A DNA stretch of 14,197 bases from Pseudobdellovibrionaceae bacterium. GTDB taxonomy: Bacteria > Bdellovibrionota > Bdellovibrionia > Bdellovibrionales > Bdellovibrionaceae. Within the stretch, counting starts at the first letter, position 1. The number at the start of each line of letters is the position of its first letter. The DNA is taken from NCBI GenBank assembly GCA_044359815.1, contig JBIKLL010000071.1, positions 1 through 14,197 on the forward strand, given 5' to 3'. This document shows positions 1-7,670 of the stretch, piece after piece. Made by a program: the position numbers and the translations under genes. Under the pieces are notes generated by a model. The model searched no databases. It was given only the letters and a program-made list of their open reading frames with translations, and was not told the DNA's origin.

Positions 1-2
1 CC

Positions 3-449
3 ACAGATTTTATTGGAACGACTAATGCTCAGGATTTAGTTTTCAGAACTAACAACGTAAATCGCATGCGCGTGACTGCATCGGGAAATGTTGGAATCAA
101 TTCAACTCCGCGAAGCGCATTAGATGTGAACGGAACTATTTTGGGAAAACCAGCTGTATTAAACTCAACTTCCACAATTGATTTCTTGAATGGTAATAAA
201 CAAACCTCTTCCAACCAATGTGGAGCTTACAACTTGCACAATTTAAAAGATGGTGGTTCGTATACTTTTGTTGTGCTTAGTGGAATCCCAAACACTTGTG
301 TTTTCAGTGCCTTTTCTGATGCTGGGGTGACTCCATTAATTGTGACTTATCCAGTGGACCACGCTGCGACAGCTGGTTCTACAATTACCATTTACAATTT
401 TATAGTTGTTGGAACCAGAGTTTTAACAGCTTGGACTTCGGTAAGATAA
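3..449 (+). CDS. C-terminal fragment of a phage tail-fibre-like (trimeric adhesin) protein; 5' part lies outside the window
   Basis: Frame 3 is open from base 3 (TDFIGTTNAQDLVFRTNNVNRMRVTASGNVGINSTPRSALDVNG), so ATG 66 is internal. FIGTT..QDLVFRTNN..RMR....GNVGI and LDVNG are typical fibre-shaft repeats. They are followed by a ~95-aa terminal beta domain (IDFLNGNKQ...L.NLKDGGSYTFVV...IYNF). No S74 chaperone domain is apparent. Confidence 0.8.
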   Translation, partial: TDFIGTTNAQDLVFRTNNVNRMRVTASGNVGINSTPRSALDVNGTILGKPAVLNSTSTIDFLNGNKQTSSNQCGAYNLHNLKDGGSYTFVVLSGIPNTCVFSAFSDAGVTPLIVTYPVDHAATAGSTITIYNFIVVGTRVLTAWTSVR

Positions 450-488
450 TTAATTGGCAAACTTAAATTTGTGATTTGTGGAGTGTCG

Positions 489-2966
489 ATGAGACTGGTT
501 TATAGGAAAATATTTTTAATTTGTTTGATGATTACGGTGGAATTGTTTTCCACCAATGCTTTTTCGCAAGAGGAAGATTCTGCGTTTTGGCGGCAATCAC
601 AAAGATACATTAAGTTTAATCAAGCGGCGAAGCTTGCATTGAAGAATCTGTACACTCACACCTGTACAGATTATTTGACTATAAATTCGTTTAACGCCAA
701 TGGTACATTTTATGTTGTACCAGCAACAACAACAATCACTCTGACTTCCTCGCCTGGTGTGGCTTTTTATTCTGATATCGATTGTGAAGTTCCTGTTACC
801 AGCACCACCATAAATGCCACAAATAACACTGCAAGTGTTTTTGTAAAGGCAACGACATTAGGGAAGGGTTGGATTTCTGCCAGTGCTCCGGGATTCCGAG
901 AAACTTGGGAAGATACTTTATTAATTGAAAGCCCATTTACTTGGACTGGTGGCAGTGGTGTGGATTTAAATTGGAATACCGGAGCCAACTGGTTGGGGGG
1001 GGTGATGCCATCAAGCACACACCTGGCGGTTTTTACTGATTTGTGCACAAGCCCTGGTCGCAATTGCAATGTTGTGCTGAACACGAATGTCGATGTGGGA
1101 GGGGTGGAAATTGTAAACACTTACCCTGCAACCGCGACTATCACACAAAATCCAGGAGTCGTAGCAACCGTTCGCAACAAAGGTTGGCGGCAGCTAAGTG
1201 GAATCTTTTTGGGTGGTAATGCGGATTTCAATTTCCAAAGAAGGTTTAGGCTTTTAGGCGGAAGTTTTACTTCACCGACAACAAGGATGAACCACATTGC
1301 AGGAAGTTCGCCAACAGGTTTGTACAATCAGTTTTTTACCTTGGGAACAGCTGCAGTTTTTAACCATAACAATGCCTCCGTTAGATTAACAGGTTCCTTT
1401 TTTTGGACCAATGTGGATACTGGTAATCATGTTTTAAACAATTTAGAATTTTATCAAGCTAGAAACATTTATTTTGAAGGCAGTCTTGTAAGAGTCGATG
1501 GAAACTTGATTGCTGATTTGTCAGATTATGGAATTGTTTCTTTTAATGTTGGAAATACTGTTATTGAAGTTAGAGGTAATGTGACGGCATGGGGAACTGG
1601 GCCAAACATTGGATACTGGTCAGGCCCCAGTGTGTTCGTTAAATTAATTGGAAATCCAACATCCACACCTCAAGTTGTTACAACGACTGCATATCCCATG
1701 TCGCTTCCACATTTTACCATAGACACTGGTACAAAACCTGTTGTGTTTAATGGTCATGTTGGAGTTTCTGGTTTGTACAAGGTTATTTCAGTGGGAACAT
1801 TAACGACTGCGGGCTCTACTTTAAGTATCAGGCCAAGATTTTGTGCAGGTGTGTGTGAACTAAGGCCCGAGCCAGTTGGTAATACGATTACCTACAACAA
1901 TGTTAAGATATTTTCTGATTCCTCTTCATTGGGATTTGCAAACCAAACATTTAGAATTCAAGGAACCACAACATTTGTAAATTACAGCACTGAGTACACC
2001 AGTCCAACAAGCTATGGATACGGGATGGAGTACTTTCAAATAGGGCCAACGGCTTGGGGTGGAGTTCAAAATTGGACATTTTTAAACGGAACTATTTTAA
2101 GTTCCGGCAATGTGGTCTTTGACGGCTTAGGAACCTACAACGATATTTGGCGCGAAGGCAATTTGCAGATTAGATTAATCGGCAATCCTGCAGGCCAAAC
2201 TGTCAGCTCTACACGGCCTACCTTTGGGATGTTTCCAAATCTGGAAATTGATTCGGGTCCAAATGTGGTAAATTTGGTGGGTGCCTTGGCGGTCAGCGGA
2301 AATATCAGATACACTTCGGGGGTTGTGCAAACTGCTGGCTCAACCATGCATCTGACAAATTCAATTTTGAACACAGCTCATTCTGTAAATATGGGGACAA
2401 CCAGGTTCGATAATCTGAATATCATGCGCAGTCAGGGACACAGGCCGTTTAATATTACTGGCACCTTGTTTGTGGATGGAAATTTGTCCATCACCACAAC
2501 CTCGAACAATGTTCGGTTTACAAAATGCGGAGGCAAAACCTTTAACGTTGCGACCATTGCGCTCAGGGGTAATTTTACTGTTGATACCGGAACTGGTTTT
2601 GAAAACTGTCAGTATGATCCAGGTCCCACAAATGTGAATGGTCCGCTAGCTTTGCAGTTTGTTGGGTCAGCTCAACAGCTGGTGAATTTCACCGGTATTG
2701 GTACCGTACAGTTGTCGGGCAATGTGACTGTTAATAATCCATTGGGTATCAGTCTAAGCTCTGATGTGGATTGGGATGTTGGTGCCACTCAAATTTTTAC
2801 AATGTTGCCTGGCAGTGGTGACGTGTTGATGAACGGCAGACGTTTGGACATTCGCTCACCCAGTTTGAATGGCGGCCGGATTATCAAAGGCGGCGGTTCA
2901 CTGTATGTCAACGGAGCTTTGGTGACCACAACCGGTGCCATGTTCGGTGGCTTTGTCGATCCCTAA
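489..2966 (+). CDS. Large secreted surface protein/adhesin: signal peptide, Ig-like domain, long beta-helix-like repeat region
   Basis: ORF 471..2966; ATG 489 is preferred because GGAG at 480-483 precedes it and it gives a signal peptide (MRLVYRKIFLICLMITVELFSTNAFS). It contains a C...FYSDIDC Ig-like module, then the WTGG....NW.TGANW.GG.P motif that usually caps beta-solenoids, then G/T/N/V-rich sequence with internal repeats. Confidence 0.8.
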   Translation: MRLVYRKIFLICLMITVELFSTNAFSQEEDSAFWRQSQRYIKFNQAAKLALKNLYTHTCTDYLTINSFNANGTFYVVPATTTITLTSSPGVAFYSDIDCEVPVTSTTINATNNTASVFVKATTLGKGWISASAPGFRETWEDTLLIESPFTWTGGSGVDLNWNTGANWLGGVMPSSTHLAVFTDLCTSPGRNCNVVLNTNVDVGGVEIVNTYPATATITQNPGVVATVRNKGWRQLSGIFLGGNADFNFQRRFRLLGGSFTSPTTRMNHIAGSSPTGLYNQFFTLGTAAVFNHNNASVRLTGSFFWTNVDTGNHVLNNLEFYQARNIYFEGSLVRVDGNLIADLSDYGIVSFNVGNTVIEVRGNVTAWGTGPNIGYWSGPSVFVKLIGNPTSTPQVVTTTAYPMSLPHFTIDTGTKPVVFNGHVGVSGLYKVISVGTLTTAGSTLSIRPRFCAGVCELRPEPVGNTITYNNVKIFSDSSSLGFANQTFRIQGTTTFVNYSTEYTSPTSYGYGMEYFQIGPTAWGGVQNWTFLNGTILSSGNVVFDGLGTYNDIWREGNLQIRLIGNPAGQTVSSTRPTFGMFPNLEIDSGPNVVNLVGALAVSGNIRYTSGVVQTAGSTMHLTNSILNTAHSVNMGTTRFDNLNIMRSQGHRPFNITGTLFVDGNLSITTTSNNVRFTKCGGKTFNVATIALRGNFTVDTGTGFENCQYDPGPTNVNGPLALQFVGSAQQLVNFTGIGTVQLSGNVTVNNPLGISLSSDVDWDVGATQIFTMLPGSGDVLMNGRRLDIRSPSLNGGRIIKGGGSLYVNGALVTTTGAMFGGFVDP

Positions 2967-2979
2967 TTATTAATCAGAC

Positions 2980-4008
2980 TTAAAAAAATATCATTTCACA
3001 GGATGTTTTTGTGTTGTTTGATTTTTGTGTGGGTTCTACTTCATAAGGTGAGTCCATCAGTCCAACAAAATCTCCAGCCAACATCTTGTTCAGCAGAATA
3101 ATTTTGGTTTGATTGATTTCAGAGTCTTCCCGTTTAAGAGCTGTTTTTCGGTGAGACTTAATCGCTTTGATCAATGATTCACCAAGCTCTGTTTTGGACT
3201 GCGCATGCCAATTGAGTTCACCCATAATCTGGTCAAATTCACCTGACCTGACGGCAGGGTGCTCAAAACTACTTTCCGAAACAATGCTTTTTGCAAAATC
3301 ATTAACCATAAACAATAAAATTTCTTTCATAAACTCAGGATCTCTGACGCCAATTCTGTAGCGCAAAATCAAAGCCGAAAGTGATTTGACTGGATGGTTT
3401 TTTAATTTTGAATCTAAAAATGCCAGCTCTTGTTCGGTGACTGAATCCAGCTCTGCCCTCAAGAAAGGATAAAGATCATTCAGGCGGTTCAAACTCATGG
3501 GGTCTTTAACATTTATGATAAAATTTGAAACAATCGCAAAGTCGCTTTTTGTAAAAAGCTTTTGGCGGACAAATAAATCAAACATCATCATTCGATTGTG
3601 AGAGTTTTCACCCAATGCATACGCAAATCGTTTTAATTGTTGAATAAAATCACTGTCTTTTGAAAATGAATAAGTTTTTTTAACGGCCTGTTTGGCAATC
3701 GCTGTAGCCACAACGGGAACAAACCGACCTTCGCCGTTAATCTGTTTGTTGATACCAAAATCGATCAGTCGTGAAATCTGAGAGTTTGTTACATTATCCA
3801 AATCACCAAACTGTTGTAGCAGGTGCATGCGCCTTGGATTACCCGAGCCTATTATGGAATCAACAATATCTTCCTGCCTGGTATCTGCGACCCCGCTTAA
3901 GCCCCAAACCGTTAAGACAATTATCAGCAACAGCCCAAATTGGCTTTCGGGTGTAAAAAGCTTAGACAGCCAACTGTATATTGGTTTCTTGCGAGCTAAA
4001 AAATCCAT
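2980..4008 (-). CDS. Hypothetical exported or membrane-anchored alpha-helical protein
   Basis: 342-aa ORF filling the gap between neighbours. It has an N-terminal hydrophobic segment (FGLLLIIVLTVWGLSGVA) and a polar linker ending in SCEMIFF-stop. No family recognised. Confidence 0.7.
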   Translation of the reverse strand: MDFLARKKPIYSWLSKLFTPESQFGLLLIIVLTVWGLSGVADTRQEDIVDSIIGSGNPRRMHLLQQFGDLDNVTNSQISRLIDFGINKQINGEGRFVPVVATAIAKQAVKKTYSFSKDSDFIQQLKRFAYALGENSHNRMMMFDLFVRQKLFTKSDFAIVSNFIINVKDPMSLNRLNDLYPFLRAELDSVTEQELAFLDSKLKNHPVKSLSALILRYRIGVRDPEFMKEILLFMVNDFAKSIVSESSFEHPAVRSGEFDQIMGELNWHAQSKTELGESLIKAIKSHRKTALKREDSEINQTKIILLNKMLAGDFVGLMDSPYEVEPTQKSNNTKTSCEMIFF

Positions 4009-4048
4009 CGTTCAGAATTTAAAAGCAAAAATAACACCAAGCTATAGG

Positions 4049-4077
4049 TTGAATCTTTCACCCCATTGCATTAGGTT
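4049..4077 (+). promoter_or_regulatory. Putative sigma70 promoter giving a leaderless transcript for the PLP enzyme
   Basis: TTGAAT (4049-4054), 17 nt, TAGGTT (4072-4077). The ATG at 4084 sits at the expected +1 and no clear Shine-Dalgarno is present. Confidence 0.45.
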
Positions 4078-4083
4078 GTCGCG

Positions 4084-5208
4084 ATGTTTAGAACTGATCT
4101 TTTTACAAAAGAATTTCAAGCCATTGGTGATTGTCTGTATTTTAATGCGGCCTACATGGGGCCTTATCCATCCAGAACTCAATCAGCGGTAAAAGCCATG
4201 GTTGATCGTTTTTCGATACCTGCCAATCTTGATTATTCTTGGGTTGGTTTTCCCGAAGCCGTACGGATGCAATTGGCAAATCTTTTGGTACAAAATGCGG
4301 ATCAGTTTTCAATCAACGCCTCTGCTGGCGAAGTTGTGTCGTTTTATGCCAATGGGTGCAATATCAAATCTGGGGACAGGGTTGCGCTATTTAAAGAAGA
4401 ATACCCCTCTGATGTTTTACCGTGGATGTTTGCTCAAAAGACCAGGGGAAATTTTGAAATCGATTTTTATGAAAACGAATTGTTACAAGACATCGATGCG
4501 CTGAAAAAAGCCCTGCATCCCAAAACACGGTTTTTAAATCTATCACAGGTCGGTTTCCAAAACGGTAATCGGGTTGACCTGCTGAATCTAGGAAGGTATC
4601 TGCAGCAGAGGGAAATTCGTTTTATCGTTGACGTCACTCAAGGCCTCGGTGGCGTCAGCATCAGTCCTGCCGAGATTGAGCTGATCGATGTGATGTTGTG
4701 TTCGACCTACAAATGGTTGTTGGCTCCCTACGGTCAGGCCTTTGCTTTTTGGTCCAAGCGGGCATTGCAGGAAACCAGTCAGACTCATGGAAATTGGCTG
4801 ACTCAACCTGCGGCCCCAAAAGACCTTACAGTCTACAGTTTGAATGCAAAGGAAGGCGCCCGTCGTTTTGATCGTGGGCAGGCCCCGAATATTTTGGGAT
4901 TGAAAGGCTTAGAAGCCAGTCTGACACTTTTTCAAGAATTGGGACTGTCAGAAATCGAAAGGCATAATCTGGAATTGGCCAATTATTTTACAGAAAATTT
5001 TGATCGCAAGCGATATCAGCTAGTGACGAAAAGTAATCTGAAATCATCGATTGTATGTTTGAAGGCAAATAACACAGATATTGATAATCTGATGCAAAAA
5101 CTAAAATCATCCAATGTCGACATCAGCGTGAGGGAAGGGAATCTCAGGATTTCATTTCATCTTTACAATAGTAAAATCCAAGTAGAGCGACTGTTAAAAG
5201 TGCTCTAG
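4084..5208 (+). CDS. Aminotransferase class V-fold PLP-dependent enzyme (C-S lyase/kynureninase-like subgroup)
   Basis: Motifs YFNAAYMGP, EYPSDVLPW, VDVTQGLG (PLP Asp/Gln), STYKWLLAP (Schiff-base Lys) and LRISFHLYN. The IscS/SufS catalytic Cys loop is absent. Confidence 0.9.
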   Translation: MFRTDLFTKEFQAIGDCLYFNAAYMGPYPSRTQSAVKAMVDRFSIPANLDYSWVGFPEAVRMQLANLLVQNADQFSINASAGEVVSFYANGCNIKSGDRVALFKEEYPSDVLPWMFAQKTRGNFEIDFYENELLQDIDALKKALHPKTRFLNLSQVGFQNGNRVDLLNLGRYLQQREIRFIVDVTQGLGGVSISPAEIELIDVMLCSTYKWLLAPYGQAFAFWSKRALQETSQTHGNWLTQPAAPKDLTVYSLNAKEGARRFDRGQAPNILGLKGLEASLTLFQELGLSEIERHNLELANYFTENFDRKRYQLVTKSNLKSSIVCLKANNTDIDNLMQKLKSSNVDISVREGNLRISFHLYNSKIQVERLLKVL

Positions 5209-5217
5209 CAGAGCCAA

Positions 5218-5655
5218 TTATTTTTTAAGTTTTATCAGCGGGATCAGCAAAATCAGAAAAAAGCTCATGTTGCTGACGGCATTTAATGGCAATCCTGATA
5301 TTATGGAGCCACCACTATCCAATACAAACCAAACAATTGTAGACTGAATCAAGATCACCCGAATTTTTTGATTAAAAATTTGTGGATCAGACAGCTTGTA
5401 CATCAGCCAAGCCCAGCCACACAAAACTCCACCTAAAACAGCGCTCAGCTGTCGATCTGATTCGCTAAAGGTTGCAGGATTCTGATCCAAGGGCCATTTT
5501 AAAACATCAAAAAACAACCGCCAGGGTTCTTGGGTGACTTCAAAAATAGCCAGGGTTGGCAAAATTCCTGTTACCAATACAAATAAACACCCATATCTGA
5601 AAAAATTCAGATATTTAGTGTCGTGATCAGCCTTTAAATTATTATTGTTTTTCAT
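5218..5655 (-). CDS. Hypothetical integral membrane protein (about 4 TM segments)
   Basis: 145 aa with four hydrophobic stretches and conserved-looking motifs WPLD, LSAVLGGVLCGW, WFVLDSGGS and NAVSN. GGAG lies upstream on the minus strand. Confidence 0.8.
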   Translation of the reverse strand: MKNNNNLKADHDTKYLNFFRYGCLFVLVTGILPTLAIFEVTQEPWRLFFDVLKWPLDQNPATFSESDRQLSAVLGGVLCGWAWLMYKLSDPQIFNQKIRVILIQSTIVWFVLDSGGSIISGLPLNAVSNMSFFLILLIPLIKLKK

Positions 5656-5778
5656 TTTTGGTGCTCCAAAAAATACACTAGCAACAGGGATAGATGTTCA
5701 CAAGTTGCCAAGTATGCAATTTTTCTTTATGCCACCAAGCAACAGAACCTAAATCTAAACCTACACAGGAGAATTAGA

Positions 5779-6003
5779 ATGAAAAAATATTTTCTGACTT
5801 TGTTACTGGCTCTAGGCTTTTTTGCCACAGCTACGCTTTCAGCATCAAAAAGCGACGCCCATTATTTTTTGGCTGCCAATGGTCTTTATTACGGTAACAT
5901 TTGCCGTATCGGGATTTACTGGCAACAAGTAAATTATCAGCTGGTGGGCTCTCAATGTTATTCGCCTGGATGGAATGCCTTCGGCCGAATCGTATTTGAA
6001 TAG
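5779..6003 (+). CDS. Small secreted protein (signal peptide plus ~47-aa aromatic-rich mature peptide with two Cys)
   Basis: Strong SD AGGAG at 5767-5771, an MKKYFLTLLLALGFFATA signal peptide and a dedicated terminator directly downstream. Confidence 0.8.
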   Translation: MKKYFLTLLLALGFFATATLSASKSDAHYFLAANGLYYGNICRIGIYWQQVNYQLVGSQCYSPGWNAFGRIVFE

Positions 6004-6012
6004 ATTTTTGTC

Positions 6013-6047
6013 AGGGTCATTTAGCAAGCGCTGAATGACCCTTTTTT
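6013..6047 (+). terminator. Rho-independent terminator
   Basis: Stem AGGGTCATTTAGC / loop AAGC / GCTGAATGACCCT (13 bp, one G-U pair), followed by a T-tract. Confidence 0.9.
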
Positions 6048-6098
6048 GCTTCAATATAATCCATTTTGTCTCAAACCTAAACCTTTAAAGCCCTTAAT

Positions 6099-6126
6099 TT
6101 GACAATTCTTTAACTGTAACTATACT
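6099..6126 (+). promoter_or_regulatory. Sigma70 promoter of the Rrf2 operon
   Basis: TTGACA (6099-6104), 16 nt, TATACT (6121-6126); near-consensus. Confidence 0.8.
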
Positions 6127-6135
6127 GGTTACAGT
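6113..6135. promoter_or_regulatory. Rrf2 repressor operator (perfect 8-7-8 inverted repeat; core TGTAA-N9-TTACA)
   Basis: ACTGTAAC-TATACTG-GTTACAGT straddles the -10 box and abuts the ATG at 6136. It resembles operators of the YwnA/SifR/HypR Rrf2 subgroup as I recall them. Confidence 0.85.
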
Positions 6136-6564
6136 ATGGCTAACAGCAAATTTGCAATGGCAGTTCACATTCTGGTTTCCTTGGGGTTAAAGAATCAAGA
6201 TCCTGAACAGGGATTCGTAAGCTCGGGCTATCTGGCCGATTCCGTTAATACAAATCCCGTAGTGATCAGACGTATATTATCCAAATTGCTGGCGGCCGGT
6301 ATCATTGAAACTCAAGAGGGCAAACAGGGCGGCGCCAGATTGGCTAAGGCAGCAAACTCGGTCAATTTACATGATGTCTATCTGGCTGTGGATGATGGAC
6401 AGGTCTTTGAATTTAATCCCAACAAACCTAAAAAGAGTTGTCCCGTAAGCTGTAAAATGAAGGCAGTTCTAAGTCCCATATTTAATGATGTCGGTCAGTC
6501 GTTGGCCCAGGATCTGTCGGCAATAAAGTTATCTGCATTGGTACAAAAAATAACAAAAGAATAA
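6136..6564 (+). CDS. Rrf2-family transcriptional regulator (YwnA/SifR-like, non-Fe-S thiol sensor type)
   Basis: SKFAMAVHIL, LADSVNTNPVVIRRILSKL (wHTH), G..GGARLAK....I/V.L.DVY.AV and C-terminal P...CPV. It has only Cys102 and Cys106. Confidence 0.92.
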   Translation: MANSKFAMAVHILVSLGLKNQDPEQGFVSSGYLADSVNTNPVVIRRILSKLLAAGIIETQEGKQGGARLAKAANSVNLHDVYLAVDDGQVFEFNPNKPKKSCPVSCKMKAVLSPIFNDVGQSLAQDLSAIKLSALVQKITKE

Positions 6565-6625
6565 GGATCAACTTGATACAAAACAAAATTGAAATCGAGC
6601 AAACAACCATTAACAAGGAGAGAAC

Positions 6626-7012
6626 ATGAAACAAAAACTACCGATGATCGCTAAATACCTTTTAGGTGTGATTTATTTGGTATTCGGTTTGAACGGATTT
6701 TTACAATTTATTCCTTTGCCACCACTGCCAGAAGCAGCTGGGCAATTTATGGGGGCCCTAGGAGCCAGCGGATATTTTTTCCCAGTTCTTAAATTAACCG
6801 AGATTTTAGGCGGGGTGTTGTTGCTGTCAGGATTTGCTGTGCCATTGGCATTGGTGGTATTGGCTCCTATCACAATCCAAATATTTTTATTTCACTTGGT
6901 TTTGACTCCTGGATTAGAAAATTCAGTGATGTCCATCGTGATGATTATTCTGCACGTTGCTGCAGCCCAAGGTTACGCAAACTCCTTTAAACCATTGTTC
7001 AAGAAGGTATAA
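6626..7012 (+). CDS. DoxX-family membrane protein
   Basis: SD AAGGAG at 6615-6620. LLG.IYLVFGLNGF, GYFFPVLKLTEILGGVLLL and LAPITIQIFLFH match the DoxX pattern. Confidence 0.88.
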   Translation: MKQKLPMIAKYLLGVIYLVFGLNGFLQFIPLPPLPEAAGQFMGALGASGYFFPVLKLTEILGGVLLLSGFAVPLALVVLAPITIQIFLFHLVLTPGLENSVMSIVMIILHVAAAQGYANSFKPLFKKV

Positions 7013-7015
7013 ATT

Positions 7016-7660
7016 ATGAAGGTCTCAGTACTAGGTTCAGGTGTGGTCGGTGAAGTTTTAGCCAATGGCTTTTTAAAATATGGCTATGAGGTCATGCGAG
7101 CATCCAGAGATCCTCAGAAGCTTAATGATTGGCTTAAATCTGCTAAAGGAAAACCCAGCACTGGCGATTTTAAAAAAGCCGCTCAGTGGGGTGATGTGGT
7201 GGTCCTGGCGGTAAAAGGGTCAGTGGCAGAGGACGTGATTAAATCAATCGGCAACGAAAATTTAAAACGTAAAACCATAATCGATGCCACCAATCCTATT
7301 GCTGAAAAGCCACCGGTCAATGGTGTGCTGCAGTTTTTCACCGACATTAATTTTTCGTTGATGGAACGATTGCAGCAGATTGCACCGGATGGAAATTTTG
7401 TAAAAGCATTTTCGTGCGTGGGAAATGCCTTTATGATCAATCCAGATTTTAGTGGAACAAAACCAACTATGTTTATCAGCGGTAACAGTGATTCTGCCAA
7501 AGGCACTGTCACCGAGATTTTGACTCAGTTTGGTTGGGAAACCGAAGACATGGGTAAAGCAGAAGCAGCCAGAGCCATCGAGCCGCTTTGCATGCTGTGG
7601 TGTTTGCCCGGATTTTCAAAAAATCAATGGTCGCACGCATTTAAAATGTTAAAAAAATAA
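7016..7660 (+). CDS. NADPH-dependent F420 reductase-like oxidoreductase (F420_oxidored / dinucleotide-binding family)
   Basis: Rossmann GSGVVG, DVVVLAVKG, IIDATNPI, VKAFSCVG and DMG....ARAIEPL. Starts 3 nt after the DoxX stop. Confidence 0.88.
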   Translation: MKVSVLGSGVVGEVLANGFLKYGYEVMRASRDPQKLNDWLKSAKGKPSTGDFKKAAQWGDVVVLAVKGSVAEDVIKSIGNENLKRKTIIDATNPIAEKPPVNGVLQFFTDINFSLMERLQQIAPDGNFVKAFSCVGNAFMINPDFSGTKPTMFISGNSDSAKGTVTEILTQFGWETEDMGKAEAARAIEPLCMLWCLPGFSKNQWSHAFKMLKK

Positions 7661-7670
7661 TTCAGTTACA

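Noticed and set aside
66..449. 127-aa stand-alone ORF starting at ATG 66
   Set aside because: The frame is open to the window edge and the upstream residues continue the fibre repeat, so this is the tail of a longer gene.
454..473. TTGGCA upstream of the adhesin (also at 5705-5735 and 13893 on the minus strand) as sigma54 promoters
   Set aside because: None has the required GG-N10-GC spacing.
767..2374. Minus-strand ORFs 767..1120, 1121..1327 and 2135..2374 (also 29..214)
   Set aside because: Antisense shadows of the fibre and adhesin genes, with no RBS or recognisable motifs.
3167..4806. Short alternative ORFs 3167..3361, 3771..3956, 3827..4192, 4202..4504 and 4588..4806
   Set aside because: They overlap better-supported genes and have no protein-like features.
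5887..5904. YYGNIC as a pediocin box (class IIa bacteriocin)
   Set aside because: It lacks YGNGVxC and the nearby second Cys, and there is no double-glycine leader or transporter; the resemblance is partial only.
5746..6084. AACCTAAA/CTAAACCT short direct repeats flanking the small secreted gene as a target-site duplication
   Set aside because: Short and low-complexity in AT-rich DNA, with no mobile-element ends; chance is sufficient.
4084..6564. IscS plus IscR Fe-S cluster locus
   Set aside because: The PLP enzyme lacks the catalytic Cys, the Rrf2 lacks the three-Cys Fe-S ligand set, the genes are in separate transcription units and no scaffold genes are present.
6567..6577. ATCAA-C-TTGAT palindrome after the Rrf2 gene as an FNR site
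   Set aside because: Half-sites are in the wrong order and spacing for TTGAT-N4-ATCAA, and it is too short to be significant.
7663..7670. CAGTTACA as a second Rrf2 operator
   Set aside because: Only a half-site; there is no TGTAA at the N9 spacing.
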